Shown one piece after another: positions 13,838 to 25,693 of a stretch of 64,000 nucleotides of DNA; positions within the stretch are counted from its first letter, which is position 1; each line of letters opens with the position of its first letter. The stretch is from Ylistrum balloti (lineage: Eukaryota). The notes under the pieces were generated by a model. The model had not been told where the DNA came from. It worked only from the letters and a program-made list of their open reading frames with translations, and searched no databases. The DNA is taken from the NCBI RefSeq assembly GCF_031769215.1, contig NW_026782492.1, positions 248,001 through 312,000 of the forward strand. The letters run 5' to 3'. The translations under genes and the position numbers were made by a program.

Positions 13838-14073
13838 AAATCCCAAAACTCCTGCTATTTACGCTCATCTTACTACCTTCAATAGTGTAAAGAAGAAATC
13901 TGAACTGAACCAAATTTGTGCGACTTTTGTTGAGGATAAAATTGATAAATATGGCCCGGAGAAGGTGACGGTTAAGATGTAGATAACTAAGCGCTCAACC
14001 ATTGCTGCAGAAGCACTCCTAAGGCAAAGTGTTATCGACATTTCCTCTTCATCAGTTACTGAATACCTCAAAG
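13838..14073 (+). pseudogene. Second exon of the same decayed zinc-finger gene
   Basis: Seen: tttcctttactattcag| acceptor. Reads PKTPAIYAHLTTFNSVKKKSELNQICATFVEDKIDKYGPEKVTVKM*ITKRSTIAAEALLRQ...EYLK with an internal TAG (13980-13982). It ends at AAG|GT, where the 40-bp array begins. Confidence 0.55.
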
Positions 14074-15321
14074 GTGTGGGATTCTAGATCTAGGTATTCA
14101 ATAATACTCAAAGGTGTGGAATTATTGAGCTAGGTATTCAATAATACTCAAAGGTGTGGAATTATTGAGCTAGGTATTCAATAATACTCAAAGGTGTGGA
14201 ATTATTGAGCTAGGTATTCAATAATACTCAATGGTATAGGATTCTAGAGCTAGGTATTCAATATTGCTCAAAGGTTTGGGATTCTAGATCTAGGTATTCA
14301 ATATTGATCAAAGGTTTGGGATTCTAGATCTAGGTATTCAATAATACTCAAAGGTGTGGGATTCTAGAGCTAGGTATTCAATAATAATCAAAGGTGTGGG
14401 ATTCTAGAGCTAGGTATTCAATAATACTCAAAGGTGTGGGATTCTAGAGCTAGGTATTCAATAATACTCAATGGTATAGGATTCTAGAGCTAGGTATTCA
14501 ATAATACTCAATGGTATAGGATTCTACAGCTAGGTATTCAATAATACTCAATGGTATAGGATTCTAGAGCTAGGTATTCAATAATACTCAATGGTATAGG
14601 ATTCTAGAGCTAGGTATTCAATAATACTCAATGGTATAGGATTCTAGAGCTAGGTATTCAATAATACTCAAAGGTATAGGATTCTAGAGCTAGGTATTCA
14701 ATAATACTCAATGGTATAGGATTCTAGAGCTAGGTATTCAATAATACTCAAAGGTGTGGGATTCTTGAGCTAGGTATTCAATAATACTCGAAGGTTTGGG
14801 ATTCTAGATCTAGGTATTCAATAATACTCAATGGTATAGGATTCTAGAGCTAGGTATTCAATAATACTCAAAGGTGTGGGATTCTAGAGCTAGGTATTCA
14901 ATAATACTCAAAGGTATAGGATTCTAGAGCTAGGTATTCAATAATACTCAATGGTATAGGATTCTAGATCTAGGTATTCAATAATACTCAATGGTATAGG
15001 ATTCTAGATCTAGGTATTCAATAATACTCAATGGTATAGGATTCTAGAGCTAGGTATTCAATAATGCTCAAAGGTATAGGATTCTAGAGCTAGGTATTCA
15101 ATAATGCTCAAAGGTTTGGGATTCTAGAGCTAGGTATTCAATAATGCTCAAAGGTGTGGGATTCTAGAGCTAGGTATTCAATAATGCTCAAAGGTTTGGG
15201 ATTCTAGAGCTAGGTATTCAATAATGCTCAAAGGTTTGGGATTCTAGAGCTAGGTATTCAATAATGCTCAAAGGTATAGAATTCTAGAGCTAGGTATTTT
15301 AATAATACTCAATGGTGTGGG
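14067..15321. repeat. 40-bp minisatellite, ~31 copies
   Basis: Seen: ctcaaaggtgtgggattctagagctaggtattcaataata, with variants (aatggtatag, aaggtttggg) clustered in blocks. Confidence 0.98.
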
Positions 15322-15600
15322 TTTTGATGGCTGTTTTTCATAAATCATTTTGTTTGTGTAAGACAACTTCAGAGTTTTTAGTGTGGATTGGTATGCAATG
15401 TGCAGTCAGAAAACATCTTATTAAAATACTGCAAAGGTTGCCTTATACAATCATGTGCTGTTTTCATAGAAAGAAACTGCAGAAAACCTGTATACAGAAA
15501 CCATGAATGGAAATTAACAAAGCCAGAGTTGTGCTGTTTAATCGAAATATCATTAGACTTTCCCCATACAGAAACTATTTAAAACTAAATGTTATTCCAG

Positions 15601-16461
15601 AGAAACAAGGCCTGAAGAGAAGTATAGATAAAGATGAGGACAGGGAGGTGCAAATCCACAGAAACAACAGAAGGAAACACTTGGCTATATCAGTCCTAGC
15701 CATAGACAGAGTAAAGGTTAGATGAAGATACCATATGGGTTTAAAGAACGGATCTGTATGATTATCCTGATGATACATACTTCATGGCCAGGACGAGTGG
15801 TGGTCGGAAACCAAATGGCTTTAAAGATGATCAAAGTCCTTGGAGAAAAGGGAAAGTTTTTGATTATAGTCATTCTGATAGGTCAAAGCCTGAAGAAAAA
15901 CAAGTGTTCGTGAATGTGATGGGTGTACATTGTACTGCTCTGTGGCATTCTTTTCTTTGCACAAACATTTACTGAATACAACAGTCTGTTACCTGCATTG
16001 TTGTCTTTACGAGATTGAAAATACTGCTAAGGATGACCCCCGGAGTAATGCCTCAAGCGAACAAAATCGTATGGTCAGCCAGCTGGTCAAGGAACAACTT
16101 GCCTTGGGTAAGAGCAGCAAGGTTGAACGTCAACAACCCAGCAAGTCGATAACATCCAAAAGTTCCCCTACCCAGACCACCCCTCCGTTTACAGTCAGCA
16201 GTCCACAACCATCACAAATGGTTGCTCAGTCGTCACAACCAGGGATTGTATCTTACCCTGCAGGCCCATCAGTACACAACCCAGTGCAGAAATCTGGACA
16301 GTGATCACCAGGTCAAGTGATACAAGCTAGAGTACAGTCATTCCATGCCCAGCACCTTTACCATTAGGTGCACAGTAGTTCAATGCCTGCAGCTTAAAGG
16401 GTGCTGGGGTGAAGTGAAGGAGAAAGAAATGAAAGCTTGGCAAGAGTCACTCAAGAGACAG
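15601..16461 (+). pseudogene. Further decayed coding exon(s): low-complexity R/D-rich then Q/S/P-rich region, probably the same pseudogene
   Basis: Seen: ttattccag| at 15600; fragments EKQGLKRSIDKDEDREVQ, DLYDYPDDTYF...WRKGKVFDYSHSDRSKPEE, EQNRMVSQLVKEQLALGKSS...QPSQMVAQSSQPG, and EVKEKEMKAWQESLKRQ|gtacta, separated by stops and frameshifts. Linkage to the zinc-finger exons is inferred from strand and position. Confidence 0.5.
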
Positions 16462-16489
16462 GTACTAGCTAGTGTATCCCACTTATGGT

Positions 16490-16784
16490 GGCCACCCTAG
16501 GGGCAGACAACCTGGTGTGCCTCTTGGCCACCCCAGGGGCAGACAACCTGGTGTGCCTCTTGGTCACCCCAGGGGCAGACAACCTAGTGTGCCTCTTGGT
16601 CACTCCAGGAGCAGACAACCTAGTGTGTCTCTTGGCCACTCCAGGGGCAGACAACCTGGTGTCCTGGCCATCCCAGGGGCAGACAACCTGGTGTGTCTCT
16701 TGGCCATCCCAGGCGCAGACAACCTGGTGTGTCTCTTGGCCACCTCAGGGGCAATCAACCTGGTGTGCCTCTTGGCCACCCCAG
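16490..16784. repeat. 36-bp GC-rich minisatellite, ~8 copies
   Basis: Seen: ggccaccccaggggcagacaacctggtgtgcctctt. The unit is quasi-palindromic (ccagg...cctgg). Confidence 0.93.
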
Positions 16785-17126
16785 TCTCTCCTACAATTTA
16801 TTCTCTAGACACACAGGATCACGTTTACTTTTTTCTGGCAACAAGAGGACACTGATTTAAGTTCATTGGAGGATAATTAGCTAAAAACTGACCAGATTAT
16901 GATGACTAAGCGGAACCATGTCTTCTAACCCTATTGAACATGTCTTATATGAAAAATAAGAACTGAAAATATGAGAAATTTGATCTTGAATCTTAAGGTT
17001 AGACTTTTTCTCTTTTGTTGTAAAGAAAAGATACAAATCAATGGTAAAAGAGTACATTTGCATTTATTACAGAATATGCCTTCTTTAATATGACATTGTT
17101 TATTACCTATCTAAGCAGCACCAGTA

Positions 17127-17941
17127 CAGTCAAGAAACCTATCGATTTCAGGGCTATATTACCTGTCTAAGTTACACCTGTAAATTCCAGGACTGTGTTA
17201 CCTGTCTTAGTGACACCTGTACAATGAGGAAACCTGTAAATTCCAGGGCTGTGTTACCTGTCTTAGTGACACCTGTACAATGAGGAAACCGGTAAATTCG
17301 AGGACTGTGGTACCTGCCTTAGTGTCACCTGTACAATGAGGAAACCTGTAAATTCCAGGGCTGTGTTACCTGTCTTAGTGACACCTGTACAATGAGGAAA
17401 CCTGTAAATTCCAGGGTTGTTTAACCTGTCTTAGTGACACCTGTACAATGAGGAAACCTGTAAATTCCAGGGCTGTGTTACCTGTCTTAGTGACACCTGT
17501 ACAATGAGGAAACCTGTAAATTTCAGGGCTGTGTTACCTGTCTTAGTGACACCTGTACAATGAGGAAACCTGTAAATTCCAGGGCTGTGTTACCTGTCTT
17601 AGTGACACCTGTACAATGAGGAAACCTGTAAATTCCAGGGCTGTGTTACCTGTCTTAGTGACACCTGTACAATGAGGAAACCTGTAAATTCCAGGGCTGT
17701 GTTACCTGTCTTAGTGACACCTTTCAATCAGCGGCTTATTGAAGAACAATGAAATGGAAATTTTCACTGTAATGATTTTGGTATATTGCGAGATAAATAT
17801 GGTATGTGAAAATTTTAAGGTACCTTCTCGCTTACACCTATGAACCTGTCTTGTTGGTATATCACATATTTTCTCTGAAACACTCAGTTCTGGTTTCAGT
17901 CCTGTTCCAACAGGTGATAGTTTAATACAGGTTTGAATGAT
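17127..17941. mobile_element. Degenerate MITE (Tc1/mariner/pogo-like ends) enclosing a tandem array
   Basis: Seen: left end TA-cagtcaa(ga)aacct at 17125-17140 and right end atacaggtttgaatgatgta at 17926-17944, imperfect inverted termini resembling CAGTCAAACCTGT. Superfamily assignment is inference. Confidence 0.45.
17176..17722. repeat. 56-bp minisatellite, ~10 near-identical copies
   Basis: Seen: acctgtaaattccagggctgtgttacctgtcttagtgacacctgtacaatgaggaa, built from three ACCTGT-headed subunits. Confidence 0.97.
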
Positions 17942-19216
17942 GTATCATTAAGTTAAGTTGTATATCACCAGAAAGTTAGCCTTCCAACTTATAATCTGAT
18001 GGTATTATTGGACTGATTTGAACAGAAGTGACACAAAGTATTATTAAAGATAACCACAAAACACTGGAATTATAAAACAAAACGTTTTATTTTCCACAAC
18101 ATCTTTTACACATCTCCCTATATCAGTCATATCACAAGCACAGATATTGCACCACTAACTCGTGGAACAAGGACCATGTCTCATCTCCTAAATATTACAG
18201 GTACACTCACAGAAATGTTTTATAACAGACATATTGCGAGTATACTACAGATTCAGAATACAAATTAACTTTAGATAAGAAATTACATTTTGAAATGATT
18301 ATATCCAAAATTATTGTTCTAACGAAAAAAATGCATATTAATTTTCTTCTAGAATGAAATCTAAAAATTCTCAACAAAACTCCATTGTTACACTGTATAC
18401 CCAGATATATACATCACACTTTCTGTACAAGACCTTACAAACAGAAATAAATCTCGTTTTCTGGGATTATGAGACAGAAAAACAGAATAAAGATTGAATG
18501 ATGAGGTTGCCCTATACTCAGAAAGTGTGGAGATTAATAAGGCTCTGTTGTACAATACACTGACAAAATGGTTACACTATATGCAAAAAACATTGGAATC
18601 AAAATTTCTCTAACTCACTTGAACATTCTGACCTAAAGAGAATGTTAAATAAGCACCCCACAGTCATCGCTTGTCAGTTAATTTTGGTGTTGGGTAGCAC
18701 TTTTCATTACATTCTATTTCACAACTAACATTAACTATTCATCTTTACCAAAGTTTTAGAAAAAAAATTTATCTCTGGGTAAATCTGGCATATATGTGGG
18801 TTAAATGTAAATCCTCCAGGACAGGCCAATTAAGTCTTTATACCATCTGGCTTCTCTGCCAGACATTTTGATAGACACATGTCTACATGATGTCTGGTGT
18901 GGTTCCTGTACATCAAAATGTTAATAACATGCAAACAATGGATTGATAAGCATCCATAATTAAAATAATTATGTTGATAAGTTCAATACTAAACTTGGCA
19001 TTTTTTCATGTGATGCACATGCATAACTAAAACAGCATAAGCCATCTTCATGATACAAAAGGCAGTAAACAGGAGGCTCTATTCTGGATATGTGTCTTCT
19101 CTACACTTCAGAAAATGTTGTCACAACATCTCATGGAAAATTAATTAAGAAAAAGCATCTGGCGACATGGATATTTAATTAAAGATGTACGCTACCGTGC
19201 TGTAACGTAGAGGCTC

Positions 19217-19803
19217 AAGGATGTATGCTACTTTTCATTATGACCTGGAGACTTAAGGATGTATGCTACTTTTTACTATGACCTGGAGAATTAAGGATGT
19301 ATGCTACTTTTTACTATGACCTGGAGAATTAAGGATGTATGCTACTTTTTACTATGACCTGGAGAATTAAGGATGTATGCTACTTTTTACTATGACCTGG
19401 AAACTTAAGGATGTATGCTACTTTTCACTATGACCTGGAGACTTCAGAATGTATGCTACGTTTTATTATGACCTGGAGAATTAAGGATGTATGCTACTTT
19501 TCATTATGACCTGGAGACTTAAGGATGTATGCTACGTTTTATTATGACCTGGAGAATTAAGGATGTATGCTACTTTTCATTATGACCTGGAGACTTAAGG
19601 ATGTATGCTACGTTTTATTGTGACCTGGAGAATTAAGGATGTATGCTACTTTTCATTATGACCTGGAGACTTAAGGATGTATGCTACTTTTTACTATGAC
19701 CTGGAGAATTAAGGATGTATGCTACATTTTATTATGACCTGGAGAATCAAGGATGTATGCTACTTTTCACTATGACCTGGAGACTTAAGGATGCATGCTA
19801 CTT
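19217..19803. repeat. 38-bp minisatellite, ~15 copies
   Basis: Seen: aaggatgtatgctactttttactatgacctggagaatt, with alternating gaatt/gactt variants. Confidence 0.97.
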
Positions 19804-22800
19804 TACTGAGATATGCATCTCATCTCATTAGCATTTCCAAATTATTCATAGATATCATTCAGTCTTACCCTACCAGGTAACTGAAATTTGAATGGTATAA
19901 GATATTATCAAATTCCTAAATGTCGTTTTGTAATAACTTGTATTTCATGTTTCAGATACATAACTGCAGAGATGAGTATTCTGGCATGCATATACAATTC
20001 ATATTTTTGATTTCTAGCAAGCTGACCTGTGTGAGAGTATTGATTATGACTGATGATAAAACTCTGGACTTTGGGACACAAGTAATAATTAAACAAATAA
20101 AAATAGTAGGAGGCCAAAAAACATCAAACATTTTAATACAATCAGATGTCAACAACAGTTTATTTGGAAATTATGAATCAGAAGTAATCTGGTCTATAGT
20201 CTACATGAGTGTAGGGTTGAGTGATAAAAATGTTCAATATTAGTGGAAATTTCCTTTTAGCCAAGTTTCCAGCTAGCAAATGAAAGGTCATTTAAGTTCC
20301 AGCCCCTGCAAGGGCAAGGAAACTGTTCATTCCCTTTTCGGATTGGCATTGTGACCAGGATAAAAGAGAAGTGTAGAGTTGACAGTACAGGTCACCATAC
20401 ATATCTTGACTTGAGGGAATTTCTCTTTAGCCGAGCAGTTCAGTACCAGCTAGGAAATGAAAGGTTAATAGTTCTAGCCCCAGCAGAGGCAGAACATTTT
20501 TCAATACTTCTTCCTGAAGTGTGAAAGAAAACAAACATATTGTTCCCAGTAATTCATGGTGCATGGTATTCATCTTTTTTGTGAGACTTCTGTCAGACTA
20601 GAATTGGTATAACATGATCGTTCTACAAAATATTTTAATGTATTTAGAGAGTAAAAAACTTTGTTCGTAACATTTCATCAGAATTAACGTACAGAGAATC
20701 TTAAATGAGTTTTTGTTCATGCGAGATTTATCAATCGAGTATTAGGATTTTTCATTTTAATGAGCCTCTGCTGAGGTGAAATGAAAAACTTGTAACAATT
20801 TTCATAAATCTATTCTGTAGCCATAAGTTTGATAATTTCATATTAGAGTGACATAAAATCTTTATAAAATGGTGATATTCTAGCTGAACATCTCTTTCTT
20901 TGGTGACGTCTAAATGCATGCAACACCATAAAGTTATGATGCCACAATAAAAACAATGGAAACCTTAAGTCACCCACAGTTCTATTAGGTCATGTGACAT
21001 GCATGTAATAACATATCATTATTACACTGATAGCATTACGTGATAAATTTATTTATCATAACTCAAATTAAATCTCATATTCAGTCACTAACATTGACCA
21101 GATATTATTTATGTAAAAACTGGACATGCCTATGTATATACCAATAAGAGGAGATTCTATGAAGAGGTATTTGTGTAAGATAAAAAAGTTGGATTTGATA
21201 AATCAGACTTATAACAGATACTCCATCATAAACAGAAGGCTATCGAGGCATACAGTTTCATATCTTGAATTCTAACTGGCTAATTTTAGAAAATTAAACT
21301 CATCAGACCAATATTAGTAGTTTATTGATAAATATGTTGAAATTTTACAAGACCTGATATGAAATCTGTAGGGCTTGGGGTATTGTACACTGCTTACTTT
21401 CCTCTGGCCCCTGTGCCAGATATTGGACATAATGACAGAATTAATTTTACTAGTAATTTTTACCCCCTCCTTCACTACCATCAATCTCCTGGGGTCCTCC
21501 TCTCCCCCAGGTCTATGTCACATCCATATCAATACAATCGATTGCTCACAATGTTAACACAAACCAATTTCATGCATGTACCTGGAATGTAACTTGTAAA
21601 CATCAACTAAATATAGTAACATGAATATAAATAATAATAAATAAAACAATAAACATACTAACATTACATACACATTTCATATAACACACCATCAGACAAT
21701 AAACGAAGGTACAGGATGACATTGACAAAATGTGTATTGTTCCCAGAGTTAAAATGTTTAACCCTGCAAGTCAAAATAGATGTAGAACTATACAAAAAAA
21801 AAAAAAAAAAAGAAAAAAAAAGGCTATCGCAACACTTCTCGAGTAAAAATTGAGACAATATTGACTTTTTTGTTTGTGAATTATGCCATCAAAACTAGGA
21901 CTTGATCATTTCAACAGAGTATAGTTACACTTTTGGAGCATCTTGGTTCTTCCTAAAATCTTGGGTTAGCTGGAGTACATTCATTAGGCAACATCTAAAA
22001 GTGTGCAATTGTTCTAGTTCAAAAATTCAAAGTATACTCAATTTGTACAACTGCAATCTCAGGGTTAGAAACCTTATTAAAGCTATTTGAAATCTATGAT
22101 TTTTTTTTCTTTACAAGTTTTCATTTATTTTTCAACCAAATAAACCAATTTGGCTACATTTACATATGAAGATGAAAGTTTCTTGAAGTAAGTTCAACTG
22201 TATGAGGCAAAAACCATAAAATTAGTTAAAGAAAAAAAAGAAATCTAAAACTGAAGTTACTAATGAAAATTCAGTAAGATACTAGTTATTTATACAGTAT
22301 GGATATAACGGAACAAGAAAATATAGCTGAATTTATTAACAAGCCCAGTTGTCACGGCTTCTGTAATACTATGAATTTGATCCACATCAACAGATCCTAG
22401 CCTCTAACTTTAAAAAAAGGTATTTTGAAATTTTTTAATTATTGAATAATTTGTATCCAGAAAATTGTTAAAAGAAATAAAAAAAAAACTACTTTGTGTG
22501 ATCCACTCTGTAAAATCAATCACTCGTTATTATTTTGTTGGTACTCTAAATCTGCAAACTCATATTTCACTTATAAACAAATTTATTTAGCTATATTAAT
22601 CCAGTAAATCTAGAGTTGAAGAAATAGGAATTTGTTTTTTTCAAAACCTCCAAAATTGCACCCCATGAAATTATATGATTACATGACAGTGATTTTTTTC
22701 ACACAGCAGGAGGGTCACTGGTAACAATTATCAAGTACTTAATACCTGATTAACAGTAAAATTGTTTGCCATTCCTTGTGAATTCAGTGAACAAATAATC

Positions 22801-23399
22801 TCCCTACAAATTCTCCTGATAAAAATTTGGAAGAAAAAAGAAACCTAGCTGCTTCATTCTGACTTGTCTGTAACAATACATCAGGTGTTTAAACTGCCAT
22901 ATCTATATCCAGGAATAACCCAAGGAAGGAAACTGTAATAATCTCTTACTTCAAAGTAATAAAGGTGGGATTGGGCTTGAAAATAGACAAAGATACTGGT
23001 GGGCTTATTTTGAAACATAATTCTTATTGCCTGATACATGTAGTAAAAAGAGTAAGAAATGACTACATTTTCAATACTTTGATCACATAATAAGCTAGTT
23101 TGGTCAAGATATGAATTCTGACTCACAGTCAAAGGGTTGGCTTATCACAATAGATGTTGAAAAAGCATTTGCTAGAAATTTTATTGAACACTGATAATAT
23201 GGATGGGCTTATTACCCAATAAAGATGGTACATATTTTTTGAGTTATGCTTTTTATAATGAATAATCAGTACTGGTTTTCATGTTTAATATGATTTCATG
23301 GTTTTAAATACCTGGTTTCATTTCAGGAGGACAGAGCGTGTTTGTCTGTTGAGTTTATTTCACCATGAACCAGGATCTTCTTGCAGTAGATGTTGGCAA

Positions 23400-23475
23400 T
23401 AGTAACCTTGCTGAACAACACACAGAAGGCCCATCATACGCCATCTCAAGCAATTAAGGTGAAGTGTCTTGCAAT
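23400..23475. mobile_element. Short SINE-core fragment
   Basis: Seen: gcaattaaggtgaagtgtcttgc matches gcaattaggttgaagtgtcttgctcaaggacacaac at ~39995-40030. Inference: conserved central domain of an aquatic-animal SINE family. Confidence 0.45.
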
Positions 23476-23715
23476 AGATCTAGATATAATTTTTCAATTC
23501 TTGAATATGTAACGAAAGCAACTCAAAAAATCATATCCATCTCTTACTAGATTGATGATTTTTTTTATTTCTTTTTTACTTTGAATCTGTAACTATCAAC
23601 TAAACTTCAAAGATGAGTCAGTATTGATTTCATATGCAATGGAAATGGAAATGAACAGAAATCTGACAATGTTCAGTTTTATGATTTTACTGTATTTCTA
23701 CATGTTAAACACTCA

Positions 23716-24458
23716 TTATGTAGGGGTATTAACTGTGTTATTACTAGTAGAAAAGTTAAGAGGTTGGTCTCTATTATTACTATCTGTGGGTTTGTCACTT
23801 ATTTCACATTTCTGTTGAAACTCTACTTTGATTGACTTTTGAAGTATGTCGGACTGCGTAGTCGTTTCTGTCATAGTACTATCAGGTACATGACTTTGTC
23901 CTCGAGAAGAAGAATAACTCTGACCATTTAAATGACTTTGACCTTGTAAATGAGCTGGTAAAAGTCGATTTACATACGGCTTGCTCTTAACATGAGCAGC
24001 CATTGGTAAAGACTGACCACGGAATGAGTCCGAGAGGTCAGAGGATGAAAGACTAGCGGAATTTTGACCTTGTAAACTTGGAGGTAGATGTGACATACTT
24101 TGTAATAAATGAGTTGAGAGATTAAACGGCGTTGCGTGACTATGTGGAAAGCTTGCCGCTTGTAAACTAGCATCAGTTCTACTGGTAGATGAGGTAACTG
24201 TATCCATAGCACCAGCAGTCTTTCTGGAGAAATTTGATTGGCTGAGCATTTTCTTTGCTGGGAATCCTCGTGCACGCTGATTCTGAAACCAGATGGTGAT
24301 TCGGTCGACAGGGGCCCCAAGTTTCTCAGCAAGAAGTGCTCGAGTTGACAGATTTGGATTTGGGTCCTCCTCAAAGAACCGACACAGTACCATCAACTGA
24401 AAAACTGTGAACTTTTCTCTACGACCAAATCCATCCTTAGGGCCGGTCTTCTTATATT
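23716..24458 (-). CDS. CUT-class homeobox gene, exon 4: homeodomain plus S/Q/H-rich C-terminus, with stop codon
   Basis: Seen: ttttttcttcag| acceptor (phase 1). Reads EYKKTGPKDGFGRREKFTVFQLMVLCRFFEEDPNPNLSTRALLAEKLGAPVDRITIWFQNQRAR, a 60-aa non-TALE homeodomain with R5, F8, L16, F20, W48, F49, Q50, N51, R53. Open to TAA at 23716. Confidence 0.92.
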
Positions 24459-25168
24459 CTGAAGAAAAAACAATGTATTTGTATTATTGATGCAGTTATC
24501 ATTGATCCTACAGCCGAGTGACTGTTCAGTCAATTCTAATGGTGACTCTACCGTTAGCAAGAACTTTAAGTTTGCTAAAGCTGGATTTCATCTCGCACAA
24601 CAAACGGTTTGTTAAAATGATATAATCGACCTAATAAGAACATTCTTTCACAAATACTTCTTGGAATACAGAAACATTGCATGCAAATTCCCAAGACTTT
24701 CTGACATTAAAACCCATTTTCATTTCACATACTAGACATTATCTTCAAAAATACTCAGGCTATAGTTATAGAGATGTAGACCTAGATTTTCATGGCAGAC
24801 CTGATACATGTGACAAAGTGTTGCTGATAAAACTGAAGAAGCTTACTCTTCTGGAACCCCTGATGTTTTTCTCTTTTAATTTTCAAAGCTATTTGTGTTC
24901 ATCTATCAACCGTTAATATTTTGCCTCAATTCAATGGTTTCAAGTTTGACTTCTGTTGACATGTTTAAATTGTCTTGTTCTTTTATCAAATACTAGGTAT
25001 TCATATTCATCATTCAAACCCATAATAAGATGATGAATTAACTTATTGAAAGAGATCCATGAAGTAACTATTTCTTCATTTCCACAATCCTCCTGAAATT
25101 TCCTTTCTTTTCTTATTGATCTACTTAGTAAAATTTTATTCTTCTATTCAACAACTTTCATGGCTTAC

Positions 25169-25427
25169 CTTTTGATTTCTGTAGTAGAGACATGGTGTGT
25201 TTCTGTTCGTCTGTACTGTCTAGCCACCGTCGCATACGTACATATGGAACACGACCACGGGGACTGAGTTCGTGCCACTGTTTATTACGACCTTTGTCCA
25301 ACAGAAAACTGAGGTTGCCTTGACTGGTCTTCTCCATAATATTCTTAGCTGCAAACCGTTGTGAAATTCCAAATTTCTCCAACACATCTTTGAATTCTTT
25401 AACTGTACTTGGTATATCAACTTCACT
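25169..25427 (-). CDS. CUT-class homeobox gene, exon 3: CUT domain
   Basis: Seen: tgtttctag| acceptor and G|gtaagc donor; 259 nt (phase 0 to 1, matching exon 4). Reads SEVDIPSTVKEFKDVLEKFGISQRFAAKNIMEKTSQGNLSFLLDKGRNKQWHELSPRGRVPYVRMRRWLDSTDEQKHTMSLLQKSK. Established: the CUT signature is ISQ..F...SQG.LS.LL...PW..L...GR..Y/F.RM..WL. Confidence 0.92.
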
Positions 25428-25693
25428 CTAGAAACAGATATGAATTTTTTTCCTTGTAAAATGATTTGACAGTAATTGATATGTAAATAGATTCAATGGC
25501 TAACACAATTCAGTAATTTTCAGTGATTACGTTCTGTACAAGCAATGCAATAAAATTCAAACTACATTTAATAAGTTTAAATCAGACATAAACTTGTGAC
25601 AATGATCAAAGTTGTGATAATTTTCACATTGACACCTTCAGAGGTTAATACATAGCATACCTTACAATACAGTGATGTATCTCTTGGGACCCT

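Noticed and set aside
16469-16855. GHPRGRQPGVPL / ATPGADNLVCLL repeat ORFs
   Set aside because: They are a consequence of a 36-bp (3n) GC-rich unit lying just inside an inferred intron. Frames are open on both strands, which is uninformative.
10859-19803. Regular 36-56-bp repeats as CRISPR arrays
   Set aside because: Units are head-to-tail with no unique spacers, there are no cas genes, and the context is eukaryotic with spliceosomal introns.
20275-20325. ATGA...AA...GA as a SECIS element
   Set aside because: The bases after ATGA have no complementary partner before the GA, so helix II cannot form, and no selenoprotein ORF is nearby.
18830-21590. Two minus-strand segments (ending 21398|gtaagc and starting cag|18905) that splice in phase to LCPISGTGARGKNHTRHHVDMCLSKC, reminiscent of a UBZ4 zinc finger
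   Set aside because: The second Cys is Ser, the spacing is off by one, and there is an in-frame TAA about 9 codons upstream of the CPIS with no ATG or acceptor between. It is chance or too decayed to support.
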